From: Leptogorgia sarmentosa
Lineage: Eukaryota
DNA: 64,000 nt
Direction: 5' to 3'
NCBI GenBank assembly: GCA_964658305.1
Contig: OZ210884.1
Coordinates: 1,240,001-1,304,000 of the forward strand
The position numbers and the translations under genes were made by a program. The notes below the pieces were generated by a model. It was not told the DNA's origin and did not search any database. It saw only the letters and a list, made by a program, of their open reading frames with translations. Of this stretch, positions 28,801 to 40,732 are shown one piece after another; the first letter of the stretch is position 1, and each line of letters opens with the position of its first letter.

Positions 28801-31800
28801 CCCCCACGAAATGGTACAATGCGAAAAGCTTCTACGGTAACCGCCCGTCAAAAACCCCACAAACATGCTCACAAGAGCTTAGCACAAATCGCATCCCTGA
28901 TGTGCGTCAACAACCTCCCTAAGTGCGACGAGCAGCCTCAAGCAAAAGATTTCATCTCACGGTTCCAGCATGGGTGTGCCTTAGACTCTTCAGATCTTGG
29001 CTTAACAAACCTCACTACATTAATTATTTTGACGTTCGTACTGGACATGCTTATCCAGTGGCCACACCCAGACAACGAACACCAGAGCCCATGAGAAAAT
29101 GAATACGAGAAGCACTGGAAAAATGCGAACAGACCATGAGGAACGTATCTGGGCACGGGCGTTACGGTACAAGAGCAAAAAAGGTCAGTCGACAATGCAG
29201 CAGCTAAAGGACGAGCAAGAGCGGGACACATCGATTCTTTATGCTCGCCAGTCAACAGCCGGCCCAAATAAGTGACACTCCTTCCTTGAAAATACTCGAC
29301 ATAGACCTGATGTGCCCATTCGACACCTCCTCTCGTTTAAAATTGATTTGTTTAGTTGTCCACGCAAAGAGTTTTCCGAGTAATAAAAGGCTCTATTCGC
29401 AACCGTGTTTCGGAGGTTAGCCGTTCTAATCTTATCAGACTTTAATTTAAGACTAGTATTGCATTCTTGGGGGTGGTGTAGTATAGTACCCCTATGTACC
29501 TTTGAACATACCAAATGTAACCTGTGCACCTTTACATGACCCCGATGCATGCTGGAGTATCTTTACTGTATATTATATAATCCTCCATCTTTGTATAATT
29601 ATTTAGATGTAATTATATAATTATTTGTATAGGAAAATGCACTGCTCTGTTTCTTTTTATTCGGAATGATACTACAGACGATTTCATATAAGTGAAGTTA
29701 TCACAATTTTTGGTGAATGTAGTTATGAAGCCAGACATAGCATGACTGCTCCGGGTCATAAAATTAAAATAAGGGTACGTTGCTACGCCTGAAATAGCTT
29801 GTTGAAGAGAGAATGAATATCTGAAGTTCTTTTGATGCATGGTTCTCGGCCATTTTTAGCCATGCTTTAAATAAAGCAAGAAGGAGAAATTTAAAATCTT
29901 AAATCTTAAATCTAGTTTTCGAAATATTGGAATTCTTTTTTGATTTTAATTCAGCATCTCGCAAGAAACATCTCCGGAACATGCTTTAATTTGGACCTAC
30001 GTATACACAAAATATTTTCGCCTGATACGGACATCCCTATTTCTTGTGTAAGTAACAAAGATTTATTTTTCCTTTCGTTTTAGAACAAGGTTGCAAGATA
30101 TTGGAATTGCTTTCAACCCAAAATATTTAATTTATCGGGTAAACTGGAAGCTTCCAAATAATTTATTTTCATTTTAACGTCGGTTTTACGTTTGGCCGAA
30201 TGTACAATACCTATAAGTTTGCATGCACCTGCATGTTTATAACAAGACCGATTTATTAAGTCCATGCCAAAATTCGCCATTCGTTTTCGTCTTTTTTTTC
30301 CAGGGAGCTCGTACATTTCGGGATCAAAAAGAATTCGGTTGAATTTATAAAATTTTTATTCAATCTTGCCTTTTTTGTCTGCCTTTTGGATTGCGCTATA
30401 GATATCGTAAAATTTTGCCCGCTAGTATAACCAGTGAAACAGCATAAAATGCTCGGATTCTGTCGCCAACATATTGGGATTGTGCCGAAATGGTGAATAT
30501 TATATGCCATGGTTTACATGTCCATGAGCATTGCCTCGACTCTGAAATATCTGGAACGGGCCGGGATTTTTCGAGTTTGAAATCTCCCGCACTGAAATGT
30601 TTTCAACATGCAATGACTCTTACGGGTAAAATGGTAGGAAATTGAACTTTCATTACAAAAGTTGATCTCTCTAATAATTTTTACTGCTGGTGTTTACGAT
30701 TTGATTTGTGTATTGTTATTACTATCTGCTACTCAAACTAGTACCAACTATTTAAGGAAATATCAGCTTACTTGATCACCGGTACCGATTAACTGGAATC
30801 CATATTGACAATGGAAGCTACACCTACTGCCATAATCACGTCCACATCTTGTTGGGTTCGTGTAGCCATTAACAGGCTCACCCAAACTTGAACATTTTTT
30901 TACTATAATACAAGTGCGAAAAAGAATGTTACTATCTCATATAGGGGATTTATAGGCACTGATAGTTTAACGAAGATATTATAAGAGTGTTCTATATTAT
31001 ATATAAGAGATTATAAGAGAGTCTTCTTAACACTCGACAATTATGTTTCATTTGCCAGCCCGCATTCACAAAAGCCTAATTGCCTAACTACCGACGATCT
31101 GTTTTGGCTTTCAATTTACCATATGTCATAGCGTCTTGACTATCTTTCGTTTCCTACGTTTATAGATTAATTTACAAATCGGCATGCAATCAGCTTTTAT
31201 TGTTGTACAACCATTAATGGTAATCGTGATTCGCTAGTAATTTATGTGGTCACATAACCCCAATTTAATACAATATTGCCTGAGAGCAACAACCGACATG
31301 AAAATACAACTGAACTATTGAACAAAAGGTATTGTGCTTCTAATACAAGACAAATCTACTGAAACTACACAGAAGATTATACACAAATATTTTGGTAAAG
31401 ATATATATATTATTTACCGGCTGGGATGTCCGGAAAGAAAAAATATATATAATTACAAACCGTTCCAACGGCCCTGAAATTGCGGTAATGCTGTGATATG
31501 TCCAGACAAATATAATTCAAAAAATATGTGCGAGGGGCCCCGCGCTGAACATCTGCCACAGGCCCCGCGCGATGTTAGTCCGGCCAGCTGGCAGGGCCGG
31601 ATTAACCACGTGGCAGATGCGGCATATGCCGCGGGTCCCGCGCTCACTGGGGCCCCGCTTTTCGACAGGTCACGCCCTTTTCTGGAAAATGATACGCCCA
31701 TTGTGGTTTGTGGTTCGCATTTGGGGCCCTTCGTGATTTGCGTATTTGCCCCCCAAGTATATCGATTCCCCCTTCCCGTTTTTCGCATAACAATTTAATT

Positions 31801-34800
31801 TGGGGCCTTCCGTTTGCACATCCACTTGCATGCCCCCCCGTGGTTTGCTTGTCAATTTGGGGCCCCCTGGTTTGTGTGTCAATTTGAGGCCCTTGTACGC
31901 GCATTTAAAGTCAATTTAATACTCACTGTTTGCGTATTAAAAGTTATTTCGTGGCCTTCGCGGTTTGTGTGTTAAATAGTGGATGTGAAATTGCGCACTG
32001 GCGTAGGAAGTAGGTGTTTTGGGCCGAAATATCATTCGCCCCCCCCCCCCCCTCCTCCATTAAGAGCTGGACCAGCTGATGTATTTGGTTTGCAAACCGT
32101 GTGCGATTAGTTCGCAAGTTGTGGTTGTACTACATCTAAGACCTCTAGACAAAGCTAGGTTTTCCCTGCGATTAACAGAAACCCAGAGAAAACCCACGTT
32201 TGTTTTAAACTGCGAAAAAGACCAAGCTAAGTATTGCAATATTTCAGCAGGACAGGACTAAACACTGTTGGACTGTATGAATCTTAAAAAACGTAAAATA
32301 CATATAAAACTGAGAAATTGTGGAAATAGAAATCCCTCATATATTAGCTAAGAATACAATATGGGCGTGAAAATCGAACAATATCGATGCAGAGATTCAG
32401 AGTTTGACATAACAATGTTTAAGATTAAAGGTTTTGAATAAAAATGAAGTTCTCTATCAACAATTGAAATGTTTATTCTTGAACTTTACGATAGAATATA
32501 TTTGCATATATTTCCGCGTTAATAAAGTGCATCGTTAATTTCCTACAATAAGGTATTTGCCAATGAGATCATTGTACTAAAATAAAAATATTTCCACTAA
32601 CAAATGCTTGCAAATTATTCCTAATTGAAATAATTAAACTTTTTTTTTCTTTTATTACAGCAAACATTCAACATTGTTCATTTGAATAAAGGATATCTAA
32701 AAAGTAGTTTATGTATCTAAAATTGGAAGTATTTATTTCGATTCTAGATCTACAATGTGGACTCAATTAAATTGACCATAAAGGTAGTATGTATTAATGA
32801 AAACGTATAAATAGTAATACACTCACTTATACATGTTGAACCCCTAGCTCCTTCATATCCTTTATTACATTTACAGTCCTGGATTGTTGTACTTCCCAGC
32901 TTGTTGTGACCTGAATTGCCAGGGCAATTTTTGCACGATCCTGGTGACCCAATATAGTCCTTGTATGTACTGTGCGGACAGCCTAGAAGGGAAAATTGTG
33001 CATCAAAACAATGTAGTCCTTGTATAGATTAAAGGTCAAACGTGCTTTGGCGTCAGGGACTTTTTAAATGCATGTTAACCATCACGTGGAACTCCGGCCA
33101 CTTTTGAGGAAACTATATAGACCTGTAGAGATGAATAAACTTCCCTTGACAAGTTTTATTTGTTCGTGTTAGGTCATATGATCAAAGACGAATTGGTAAA
33201 AAATATATGTCCTATACAGACGAGAAAATAAACTGTGCAGGGCTTGTGCCTAATTGAAAAAGGTCTTTCCTATACAAAGTAATTATTCTTGTTTGCCGAA
33301 TCATGCTGCAAAACCGGCCAATTCCTGCAGAATGTAAACTTGATTCTATACGGCTAGGTGGAAATATTAGCAACCAAAGGCAGGTTCTTGAAGCTGGGTG
33401 GGAGAAGGGCGGTGTAACGATAATGCTGATTGGTCATTCATGGACCAATCACAAAGGACTGTAGACTCATATTATATGGACTGTACACTGAAACAATAGG
33501 AGAGTCAATAAAAATTTATCGAGATCTTTACAGGGGGCACTAGATGGCGGGCGAAATACAGTTTGATAAGAGCGTGTGAAATAAGGTAAAAAATATATTA
33601 TAAAATTCAGACAAAGTTGTACAAGCGGAACCACTTTACATATTCAGATTCAATGTGCCGGTAAACGATTACAGCTCCTTCAGGGTACATAATGGTTTTT
33701 AAGAAATTCTTCAAAGATATTTGGCCGTCTCTAGTACAATAACTATGCATGAAATAAAGTACTTGTGAGAAACCTTGTAGCTTTGTATAAAATCAAAACG
33801 ATGTAATAAAATAGAGCTATACCTTCATGATTTGTCGTGAGAATTTTTTAAATTCGACGAGGAACACAAAATATCGATATTTGAAATTATGCCCTAATGG
33901 TCGGCTTTGCGTGTTAATATATAGCTAATTGATCCGATCAATTATTTGGGAAAAGTTATGTTGTTAGGAGTTTTGCTAGTGCAGATTAACACCCATAAAA
34001 GCAGGGGCGCACATTCCACAAATTTCTGGGGGTGTGCCAAATTTTTTGGGACCGAATTTCATGGTTCAGTATCCTACATGCTTGCTCCATCACATTCTCA
34101 AAAAATGCCGGTTTAAAGATTGGAATCTACAAAGGATTAATAAACGCATTGGGGCCTTGATTGCTCCAATTTGTACATGCAATCAGAAAAAGACACATCA
34201 ATACGATTCGGAATATAGACTTTTGCAATTTTGTAAGCATTTTTATTTTTGTAGCTTCTAAGATAATCTTACAAGTTCAAACCAATTAGAGAATTAGGTT
34301 TTAGCAGAATTAGTGAACTGCAGTTTGTAGAATCATCGTTACTGGTTTTTAATTCTAAAATTTCATTTAACAAACGCTTCCTATATTACTAATAAATATA
34401 TCTACCTAGTATGTTGGATGTTCGGGGACCGAACTAGCATAATTATCTGACATGCATTTTCGGGACCGACTTTCGACCGATTTTGAAAACCTGGGGGGTG
34501 TCACACTCCCCCTAATGTGCGCCCTTCTGAAAGTTCCTTCTGGATAACCAAAGGAGTTTCTACTCTGGGATTTCACCAGATCATGTTTTGGCATTTTAAG
34601 GAGACTCAAAAAAGCGGGGGAAAAGGATATTTTTATCTTTTCATTTTCATTTGCCAAAATGTATAACACGTTTAACAAAAATCTGTTTCACGAAACTTGG
34701 GGGTAAAGTATAATAATAATCTGTAAGCACGAAGTTTCCGTAAAAGTGGCAATGGCTTTACAGCGATATGTCCAGGCACATGCAGGGCGAAGGGCGTCCG

Positions 34801-37274
34801 GGCGAGGGTAAAAAAATATAAGGGTAAAAATATAATGTTTCTAATCCTAATTCATATTCGGGCAAATACCTGCATCAATACCGAAATGGTTAAAACAAAC
34901 TAAACAAAAGACTAAGCTTGATTATTACTGTCTCAGCAGGATCAATTTTTATTCCCCTCCTGATAATTTTTTTTGAATCATTGAAACGTTTTTCTTGCAT
35001 CATATATCACCTATTCCTACGAACCAAACACCAATCAATATATTGAACATTGCTATTACCTGCTTCATCGCTCTTGCCGATATCAATTAAAATTTAATAC
35101 GAGTTTACATATTGCATAACAGGTGTTTCAACAATCCAAATTAAAAATGTAAAAGTAACTTGGAACTTGGAAGCAGAATTTAACGTTAATACCAAGCATT
35201 TTTGAAACCCAAAAAGAATAAACCTGACCGAAAAACCCGATGCAAAAAATATATTTCAGTTGTCCAAAAATTAGACGGAATTTGGGAGGGGGCACATGGC
35301 GCGCGTACAATCCTATGGCCTTTTCCCCTTAAAGTTTTGATAATAGCCTATCGTATACTTAAAATTTGTTCCATCTGAAATATATAGATTGAAATACTAT
35401 CATGTTTACTATATAAAAGTATACCAGTTAAAAGATATTATCCGCGCTATTGTTGAAGGGTTTACCATGGCCATTGGGTACTCACGTGTACATTTTCCCG
35501 CCATTCCGGTACCATAATACCCAGCATGGCACATGCAAACGTATTTTCCACTAAGCAGACCACAAGCACATGAGGCGTGATTATCACAGGTATATCTACA
35601 TTTTGACGACGGTACAGGTTCAGCATCATAATCCAGCTGGAAGGGATCTACATGGATCAGTAAATGGAAATTTTTTACGCTTTTATTATTCGGGGCATCA
35701 GACTGCAGACATAGTTATGACTTAAAGCCAATTGTAAAGCTAAAACCGATGAGAATTTTTACGTCCTAAGTATATTCTTTCATCACGGTGGAACATAATT
35801 ACACGACTGAGCAAACAACTTTTAGTTATGGCTCTTTTGTTTTACATTCTGTAAAAATGTTCATTTATTTCATACACTTTTTTTATTTCTTTCTAGTCAG
35901 GCAGAATATAAAAATTTTTTACATTCGACTCATTGTTGGAAAAAATAAATGTCACAAGTACAAAATGACGTTTCAATTGAACAGAATGCACTGTAAATTG
36001 CTAGTGAATTTCTCTATAGAAGCATCGATGGTATATGGACAGTTCGGTGAGAAGGAAAGATAGGTGCGCGAGATACATGTTTGCACCAATTTTATTTCAA
36101 CTCCTAATTTGCAGGCTTGATATATGTATGCACCTACAAAAATCAGTTACGTTCTGGTCACTTCTGCGTGCTTTACACCACATCACGACTTCGCGGGAAC
36201 AAGGGCGAAAAACTGTTCAAATGTTTTCTCTGAACAGATATCTTACACTGTATACGTATTACAGCAAGTCTAAATCGACAGTGAGAGAGTCAACCACTTT
36301 ACAGCAGACTTTACAGTAGACATGTATAGCGGGGTTTAAGAGACGTGAAATACTACGAGGAATAATGTACGCATGGGTGTCATTTATTTCTAGGCTTGAA
36401 CCGTGACGTTCCATGTAGCTATATCATTTTTGGAGGCATTTAATTTCAGGAACAGCGTTCAGGAACGGCAAGAAATCTTGTTATCATGCAATGTTCAAGG
36501 TCTTTCAAAAGTCATGGTTCGGTTTCTAAACCTTCCTAATGATTGCTAGCGACATAACTTACCTCCACGAATATGCGTGGCTAACTCTCTGAATTTATCA
36601 AAGTCACTGTAGTAGAAATAGTGATCGGATGTCGTTGCTACTGATTGCAAAAACGTTGGATTTGCTCCACTCACACCGACGGCGAAAACTTCGACGCTAT
36701 TTCCCTTTATGTTGGCGATTCTGCTCGTCGGATCTCCTCCAACATTGTAATGTCCGTCCGTGAGTAAGAATACTACCTTGTTCACGTTCACTCCTTGGAC
36801 ATTGACGACTTTCCAAGGACGCACGTTCTTACTCAGTACGCCAAACAGAATTTCTTCCACTTTGGAAAACGCGTCATTCATGTTCGTCATGACCCCTGTG
36901 TAATGAACGCCAGCGAACCGGTCATTGAACTCGCATTTATTATTCAGACCAGTTAAATCCGATACATAGTTAATGTCTATTGTGGCATGGTCTCCGAAAC
37001 GAATGACGGCTACACGAGTGGCCGGTTTAGCGATTTTGATTTTACTCAATAAAGATGTGATAAATGTTTTTTCATCACGGAACCCGTTTTGCCCTCTGCT
37101 CCATATTAAACTTCCTGAGTTGTCCATAAGAAAAAATATATCAGCTTTGCTGTTTGCATATTTCGATTGGAACTCCGTAAAGCGTTGCTCGCCATTGTAC
37201 CAAGTGTACGTCTCTCCAAAATGAAGAAAAAAGAGAAAAGCCAAGCCAAACAAGACAAGTCTTAACGCGTACAT
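2718..37274 (-). CDS. SVEP1: SVEP1/polydom-like protein (sushi, VWA, EGF, HYR domains), 5' part; 14 exons, continues beyond the left edge
   Basis: Hand-spliced exons 37274-36563, 35647-35486, 32982-32827, 30902-30772, 24527-24449, 24001-23816, 23629-23429, 21465-21199, 15787-15603, 9029-8960, 7930-7721, 6982-6744, 3979-3655, 2879-2718. All introns are GT-AG with matching phases. Domain order SP-VWA-EGF/ephrin-like-3xSushi-2xHYR-Sushi-linker-ephrin-like matches SVEP1. Confidence 0.9.
3655..3979 (-). CDS. SVEP1: SVEP1-like exon, linker
   Basis: Open 108-codon exon FRIQADF...IEKC; cag| acceptor, |gtaagt donor; phase 0/1. Confidence 0.82.
6744..6982 (-). CDS. SVEP1: SVEP1-like exon, linker with polybasic site
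   Basis: YYFNGDCND...FC...C...HCG..SRKRRRRR; phase 1/0. Confidence 0.85.
7196..7513. mobile_element. MITE with AGGCCTACTC TIRs and internal AGGCGATCTT repeats
   Basis: Inverted termini; GTATCA direct repeat on both flanks. Confidence 0.65.
7721..7930 (-). CDS. SVEP1: SVEP1-like exon, Sushi 4
   Basis: CTLPKKPKNGALAC...CKDGYDFA...YYC...WPDCA. Confidence 0.9.
8960..9029 (-). CDS. SVEP1: SVEP1-like exon, HYR 2 C-part
   Basis: IKYTAIDEDGNRNISCQFEINLQ; phase 0/1. Confidence 0.88.
9521..10166 (+). repeat. Dispersed repeat family A copy
   Basis: Begins TATGTTATTTACCGGCTGGGAGGTCCGTAC, ends GTTACGGACCGGAAAAAAA. Other copies at 14023-15525 (-, interrupted), 39279-39689, 48734-49492; fragments at 16230-16885 and ~31410. 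Confidence 0.85.
10624..10824. repeat. 21-bp minisatellite (GTGATTACAGAAAATTGCACT)n
   Basis: About 6 near-perfect units plus degenerate ones; explains the ITENCTV/HSAIFCN ORFs. Confidence 0.9.
13464..13732. mobile_element. MITE with internal CACATGTGAAT tandem array
   Basis: TIR CTTATGAAAAATACACATGT / ACATGTGTATTTTTCGTAAG; 11-bp units inside. Confidence 0.75.
14023..15525 (-). repeat. Repeat family A copy interrupted by a family B element (14163-14900)
   Basis: A-homology at 14023-14162 and 14945-15525. B is shared with 11945-12392 (inverted), 63656-63815 and a diverged copy at ~48000-48500. Confidence 0.8.
15603..15787 (-). CDS. SVEP1: SVEP1-like exon, HYR 2 N-part
   Basis: DKEAPYYTSCP...VTWDEPEFLDNSG...FTEGQHQ. 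Confidence 0.9.
18745..20324 (-). mobile_element. Tc1-like transposon relic with ~540-bp inverted arms
   Basis: TA|CAGTGCGACCCACGG ... CCGTGGGTCGCACTG|TA; decayed transposase on the minus strand with VLFTDES (~19690) and NSPNLNPIENLW (~19340). Confidence 0.88.
21199..21465 (-). CDS. SVEP1: SVEP1-like exon, HYR 1
   Basis: DIDPPRFTYCP...ARVEWEIPEYDDNS...FEIGEHKVKYTVTDKAGLSAYCEFSIVVK. Confidence 0.92.
21612..22880. repeat. (TA)n microsatellite cluster with a duplicated ~310-bp element and a direct+inverted ~95-bp unit
   Basis: 21622-21935 ~ 22510-22808; 21988-22081 = 22168-22260, inverted at 22268-22371. Confidence 0.85.
22921..22966 (+). ncRNA. Hammerhead ribozyme core, stem I defective
   Basis: CTGATGA GTCC caaaa GGAC GAAA CGG tt CCG TC. 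Confidence 0.6.
22976..23312. repeat. 134-bp tandem repeat, ~2.5 copies
   Basis: Units start at 22976, 23110 and 23244. Confidence 0.9.
23429..23629 (-). CDS. SVEP1: SVEP1-like exon, Sushi 3
   Basis: VKCPPL...FGEGCRFECPQGY...CLVDGTWSKQFEVCI. Confidence 0.9.
23816..24001 (-). CDS. SVEP1: SVEP1-like exon, Sushi 2
   Basis: VCEK...VGTNCTYKCKRGYRRVGSGVKVCRVDKTWSGEDTACE. Confidence 0.9.
24263..24440. mobile_element. hAT-type palindromic MITE with 8-bp TSD
   Basis: CAGGGCCGTCGCTAG...CTAGCGACGGCCCTG flanked by TTTCTTAC on both sides. Confidence 0.88.
24449..24527 (-). CDS. SVEP1: SVEP1-like exon, Sushi 1 C-half
   Basis: DRLCTVQESNQGLAYWMNNSITPDCK; ttttccag| acceptor, |gtaaga donor; phase 0/1. Confidence 0.85.
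24945..26900 (+). mobile_element. Decayed Ty3/Gypsy pol (RT end, RNase H, integrase)
   Basis: GLKLNPDK...LQCDASMNGLG...PVAYASRSLT..YAQIEKEMLAIVFG; RDELTVQNGVILKGERLIVP; VSDNGPQY; YRRNRRHL; many frameshifts and stops. Confidence 0.88.
26950..28410 (-). mobile_element. Decayed tyrosine-recombinase retrotransposon (DIRS order, Ngaro-like layout: RT/RNase H directly followed by YR)
   Basis: FHTDASGTLG; CDNESVVNII; HIPGKRNEIADSLSR; YR motifs RIGAATTAA and IKTLDRWSSDCYEHYI; frameshifted. Confidence 0.82.
30772..30902 (-). CDS. SVEP1: SVEP1-like exon, Sushi 1 N-half
   Basis: KKCSSLGEPVNGYTNPTRCGRDYGSRCSFHCQYGFQLIG; phase 1/0. Confidence 0.88.
32827..32982 (-). CDS. SVEP1: SVEP1-like exon, ephrin-receptor-like Cys repeat
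   Basis: CPHSTYKDYIGSPGSCKNCPGNSGHNKLGSTTIQDCKCNKGY. Confidence 0.9.
   Translation of the reverse strand, partial: AVRTVHTRTILGHQDRAKIALAIQVTTSWEVQQSRTVNVIKDMKELGVQHV
35486..35647 (-). CDS. SVEP1: SVEP1-like exon, EGF-like
   Basis: DPFQLDY...CDNHASCACGLLSGKYVCMCHAGYYGTG; tag| acceptor, |gtgagt donor, phase 1/1. Confidence 0.9.
36563..37274 (-). CDS. SVEP1: SVEP1-like first coding exon: signal peptide + VWA domain
   Basis: MYALRLVLFGLAFLFFLHFGET signal peptide; MIDAS DNSGS; LLTDG; donor G|gtaagt at 36562. Confidence 0.92.
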
Positions 37275-37762
37275 GTTGCCTTGTGATGCAGTGCACATTG
37301 GAATACAAGTGAAACTGTAACTAGAATTTTAGGTTTAAGAACATGTACATAAACGTTAGATTTCAATTACAGTCGCAAACGGCTGAGACCACATTGGAAA
37401 CATCCAATTATGCGGCGATAAACAGTCTTTAAATATACCGATAATAAATTATAGTATGCACTGAAAGCAAACAGAAAGTCATGAATATAAATTGGACTAA
37501 AATTAACTACATTTGTTCATATTACTTTGCGAATAATAATTGCGAGTCTCTGTTTACATTATATACTAGTTACTAGGTGAAAAAGTTTGGGAATTTTCGT
37601 TTACTTCATATTCAATTTCCTGTTTGAGAAATGAAGCATGTGCTACATTGCCAAGAAATACATGTATTACACAAGATAAGTCTAGAAATTAAAAAGATTC
37701 AAAAATTCGTTTTTTATCGAAATCAAACATCAGTATTATGAAAACATTGAGGTCATGAAATA

Positions 37763-38652
37763 TTATACAAATAATGAATGTTTATGAGTGCAATGGTAAG
37801 AATATTTTCATGAGGTGAAAATGATGGAACATTCCATCTTTCACCGAATGAAAATATTCTTAACATTGCACGAATAAAAACATTCATTATTTGTTTTATA
37901 TAATACTTGTTTGTTTGTATAATATTTGTTATACATAATTTGTTTTATATAAATCGCATTTACCTCACGTTGAGAATCGGGGCTAAATAAACTGCGATCA
38001 CTGTCCGAAGAGCGTTTTGAAGGATGGGAGTTACTGAAAACACAGAGTGCAATAGTACGAATACTATTGCACTCTCCAGAGTGCAATAGTATTCGTACTA
38101 TTGCACTCTTGGGAAATGGAACTTTCTATTCAATATCACGTGACCATAATTAACCAATCAAACGACCTGAATGTAATGAGGTATTATATAATATACAAAT
38201 AATGAATGTTTATGAGTGCAATGGTAAGAATATTTTCATGAGGTGAAAGATGGAATGTTCTATTCAACGAGGCGAAGCCGAGTTGAATGGAACATTCCAT
38301 CTTTCACCGAATGAAAATATTCTTACCATTGCACGAATAAAAACATTCATTATTTGTTTTATATAATACTTGTTTGTTTATATAATATTTGTTATATATA
38401 ATTTGTTTTATATAAATCGCATTTACCTCACGTTGAGAATCGGGGGTAAATAAACTGCGATCACTGTCCGAAAAGCGTTTTGAAGGATGGGAGTTATTGA
38501 AAACACAGAGTGCAATAGTACGAATACTATTGCACTCTCCAGAGTGCAATAGTATTCGTACTATTGCACTCTTGGGAAATGGAACTTTATATTCAATATC
38601 ACGTGACCATAATTAACCAATCAAACGACCTGAATGTAATGAGGTATTATAT
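37763..38652. repeat. Tandem duplication of a ~430-460-bp hairpin-rich element
   Basis: 37763-38190 ~ 38192-38652; internal AGAGTGCAATAGTA palindromes. Confidence 0.88.
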
Positions 38653-39278
38653 AAAAAGCAATATGTACGTTTTTTGGCCTCTATTAACCGCATCGTGAAA
38701 AATCCTCTCGTAATAATATCATAATTTCCTGTTCGACATTATGAAGCCCGTATGCTACATTTTTAAGAAATGTATGTAGCTATACGCTTAAGTCTGGAAT
38801 TTAAAAATCCAAAGTTCCTGATTATGTCATTTTTTATATTTAAAAATCCAAAGTTCCTGATTATGTCATTTTTTATAATTGTATATTTTTACACAAAGTC
38901 GATTAATGTTTCATGTAAAAATAGTGACGTTGGTAAATGCGTGATAGTCCAGGTTTGCTAGTCCAGGTTTGCTTCAGCCTGCCCGGTGTGGATATAACTT
39001 TTTCACCAGAGTATACTCAGAGTATTTTCACAATAAATTTCTGCACCTGAGTACATCACAACATTAAGAACTGAGTTTCGTATCTTAATTGCAATATCGC
39101 AAGCAATGTATTTTCCCGATGGCGGCAGCTATCGATTTTACTTGGGTAATAGATGAACATACAAAATTTCGAGTCAAAGGAATAGAGTATAGCGTTATTT
39201 ACAGAAAGTGAAAAATGGAACAGAATGAATTCTAAGACGAAGATTTTCTGTAGTCAAGAGAAAAGCTAAGCTATATTC

Positions 39279-39689
39279 ACGCTTTTCCACTCAAAATTAC
39301 AATGAAAAAGGCAGACTTAAAATTATTTATTTTCCCCGTCGTTTCACGATGCAAACATGGTTAAAATACGCTTTAGACACCGAAATATTTCGCCGAGAAT
39401 GTTTTGTTTTGTTGATAATATGAGATTTGTATTTGTCGCTGTAAATATCCCCTATGAAACATCCCTTAGCATAGTAAAATGAACTTTCATGTGTTCATTA
39501 TCGGTTAAAATTCGTTTTGAATGTTTTAATAAGCCGCCATTCAATTTTAAAAACAAAAACATTGACTATATTTGTATTAAATCTACGAGAATGCGAGCGG
39601 TCCGTACCGTATAGGATACGGACCTCTCGGCAACCAATCAGAAAGCTCTATTTGGGTTACGACCTGGAGTTCCTGACCGGAAAAAATAA
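39279..39689 (+). repeat. Repeat family A, 5'-truncated copy
   Basis: High similarity to 9780-10166. Confidence 0.8.
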
Positions 39690-40318
39690 AGTGCAATATT
39701 ACCGAGCCTATATATTCGCCTTCGTATGAGGGTAGTTACATGAAAACGGCCGCCTATTAATTCCTGCGCGATTATCATTGGCACATATTGAAAAAAGTAT
39801 GCATGTTATGGTACAGTGATTTTGTCGCACCACCTATGAATACTGACTAACGACAAATGGTGATGTTTTTGAAATGATTTTACTAAAAAATTACTAGAGC
39901 ACGATTAAAAAAAATGCGATGAGTTTAAAACGTTGAGTAATTTTACTCATGTACGAATACTGATATTTAACAAAGATTTTGCTCAGCACAAGCTATTAGA
40001 ATTATTATTAGGTTTGGTCAGAGTTACAACGTTTATATTAATTTAAAAATGTTGGTGGTTCACTATAATTCCCGCGCAATATTACAGAACTTTAGATTTG
40101 GCGATGTCTACTAAATTTAGTTCGGCTAGTAGGTTTTTTCCTTAGAACATTTGCAATGAACATCCACAAACGTTTCGTCGTTTTTTATTTCATATTGTAT
40201 CTTTTTTAACGAAGGTTTAGTTGAATCAAGCATCAGTCAGTTTTTTTAGTTGATGCGAAAATATTATCTCGTTGCTGTATAGCCGACGCGAATTTAGAGT
40301 TCCCTCTTCACGTCATGC

Positions 40319-40732
40319 ATGTGCAATGATCTATCTTCAGGTTTAAGCTTCGTGCTTGAAAACGGAATGAGGGCGATGACGGGATTGAAGATATCGAAAA
40401 TGAACTACCGGGATACGTTCCTCGGTTGGGAAATGTACAAATCTGTTTGGAAATCGAGAATCGTCGATCGCGACATCACGAGGAAAGCACGCAGTGGCGT
40501 AGAAGCACAGAATGTTCCCCTAGTGACAACCGATGGCAGAAAGTGCGTGCGCCTGTTGGATCTGCTACAGGCCGACAGAGCGTTAGTTGTGTACTTTGGC
40601 AGCTGCAGTTGTCCAGTTTTTATGAGCAAGCTTAAGGAGTTCGGTGAGCTTGCGCAGGATTATTCAGACATCGTGGATTTTGTTGTGGTTTACATTGAAG
40701 AAGCCCATCCTGAGGATGGATGGTCATTCAAG
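40319..40732 (+). CDS. DIO: Iodothyronine deiodinase-like protein, N-terminal/catalytic exon with Cys in place of Sec; C-terminal half not found (possible pseudogene or chimera)
   Basis: LVVYFGSCSCPVF (family motif PLVxNFGSCTUPxF) and DFVVVYIEEAHPEDGWSFK; donor AAG|gtatgt at 40733. The true start is uncertain (possible acceptor tcttcag| at 40340). Confidence 0.85.

Noticed and set aside
28800..29340. GC-richer block as a separate gene
   Set aside because: No recognisable domain; probably a non-coding part of the YR retrotransposon, with boundaries that could not be resolved.
31453..31904. Overlapping GC-rich ORFs
   Set aside because: Made of GGGGCCC-rich MITE-like subrepeats with CAGGGCCGG termini; no protein motifs.
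40156..40214. Hydrophobic mini-ORF MNIHKRFVVFYFILYLF as the deiodinase membrane-anchor exon
   Set aside because: Ends in TAA before the candidate donor and the phase does not match; cannot be supported without transcripts.
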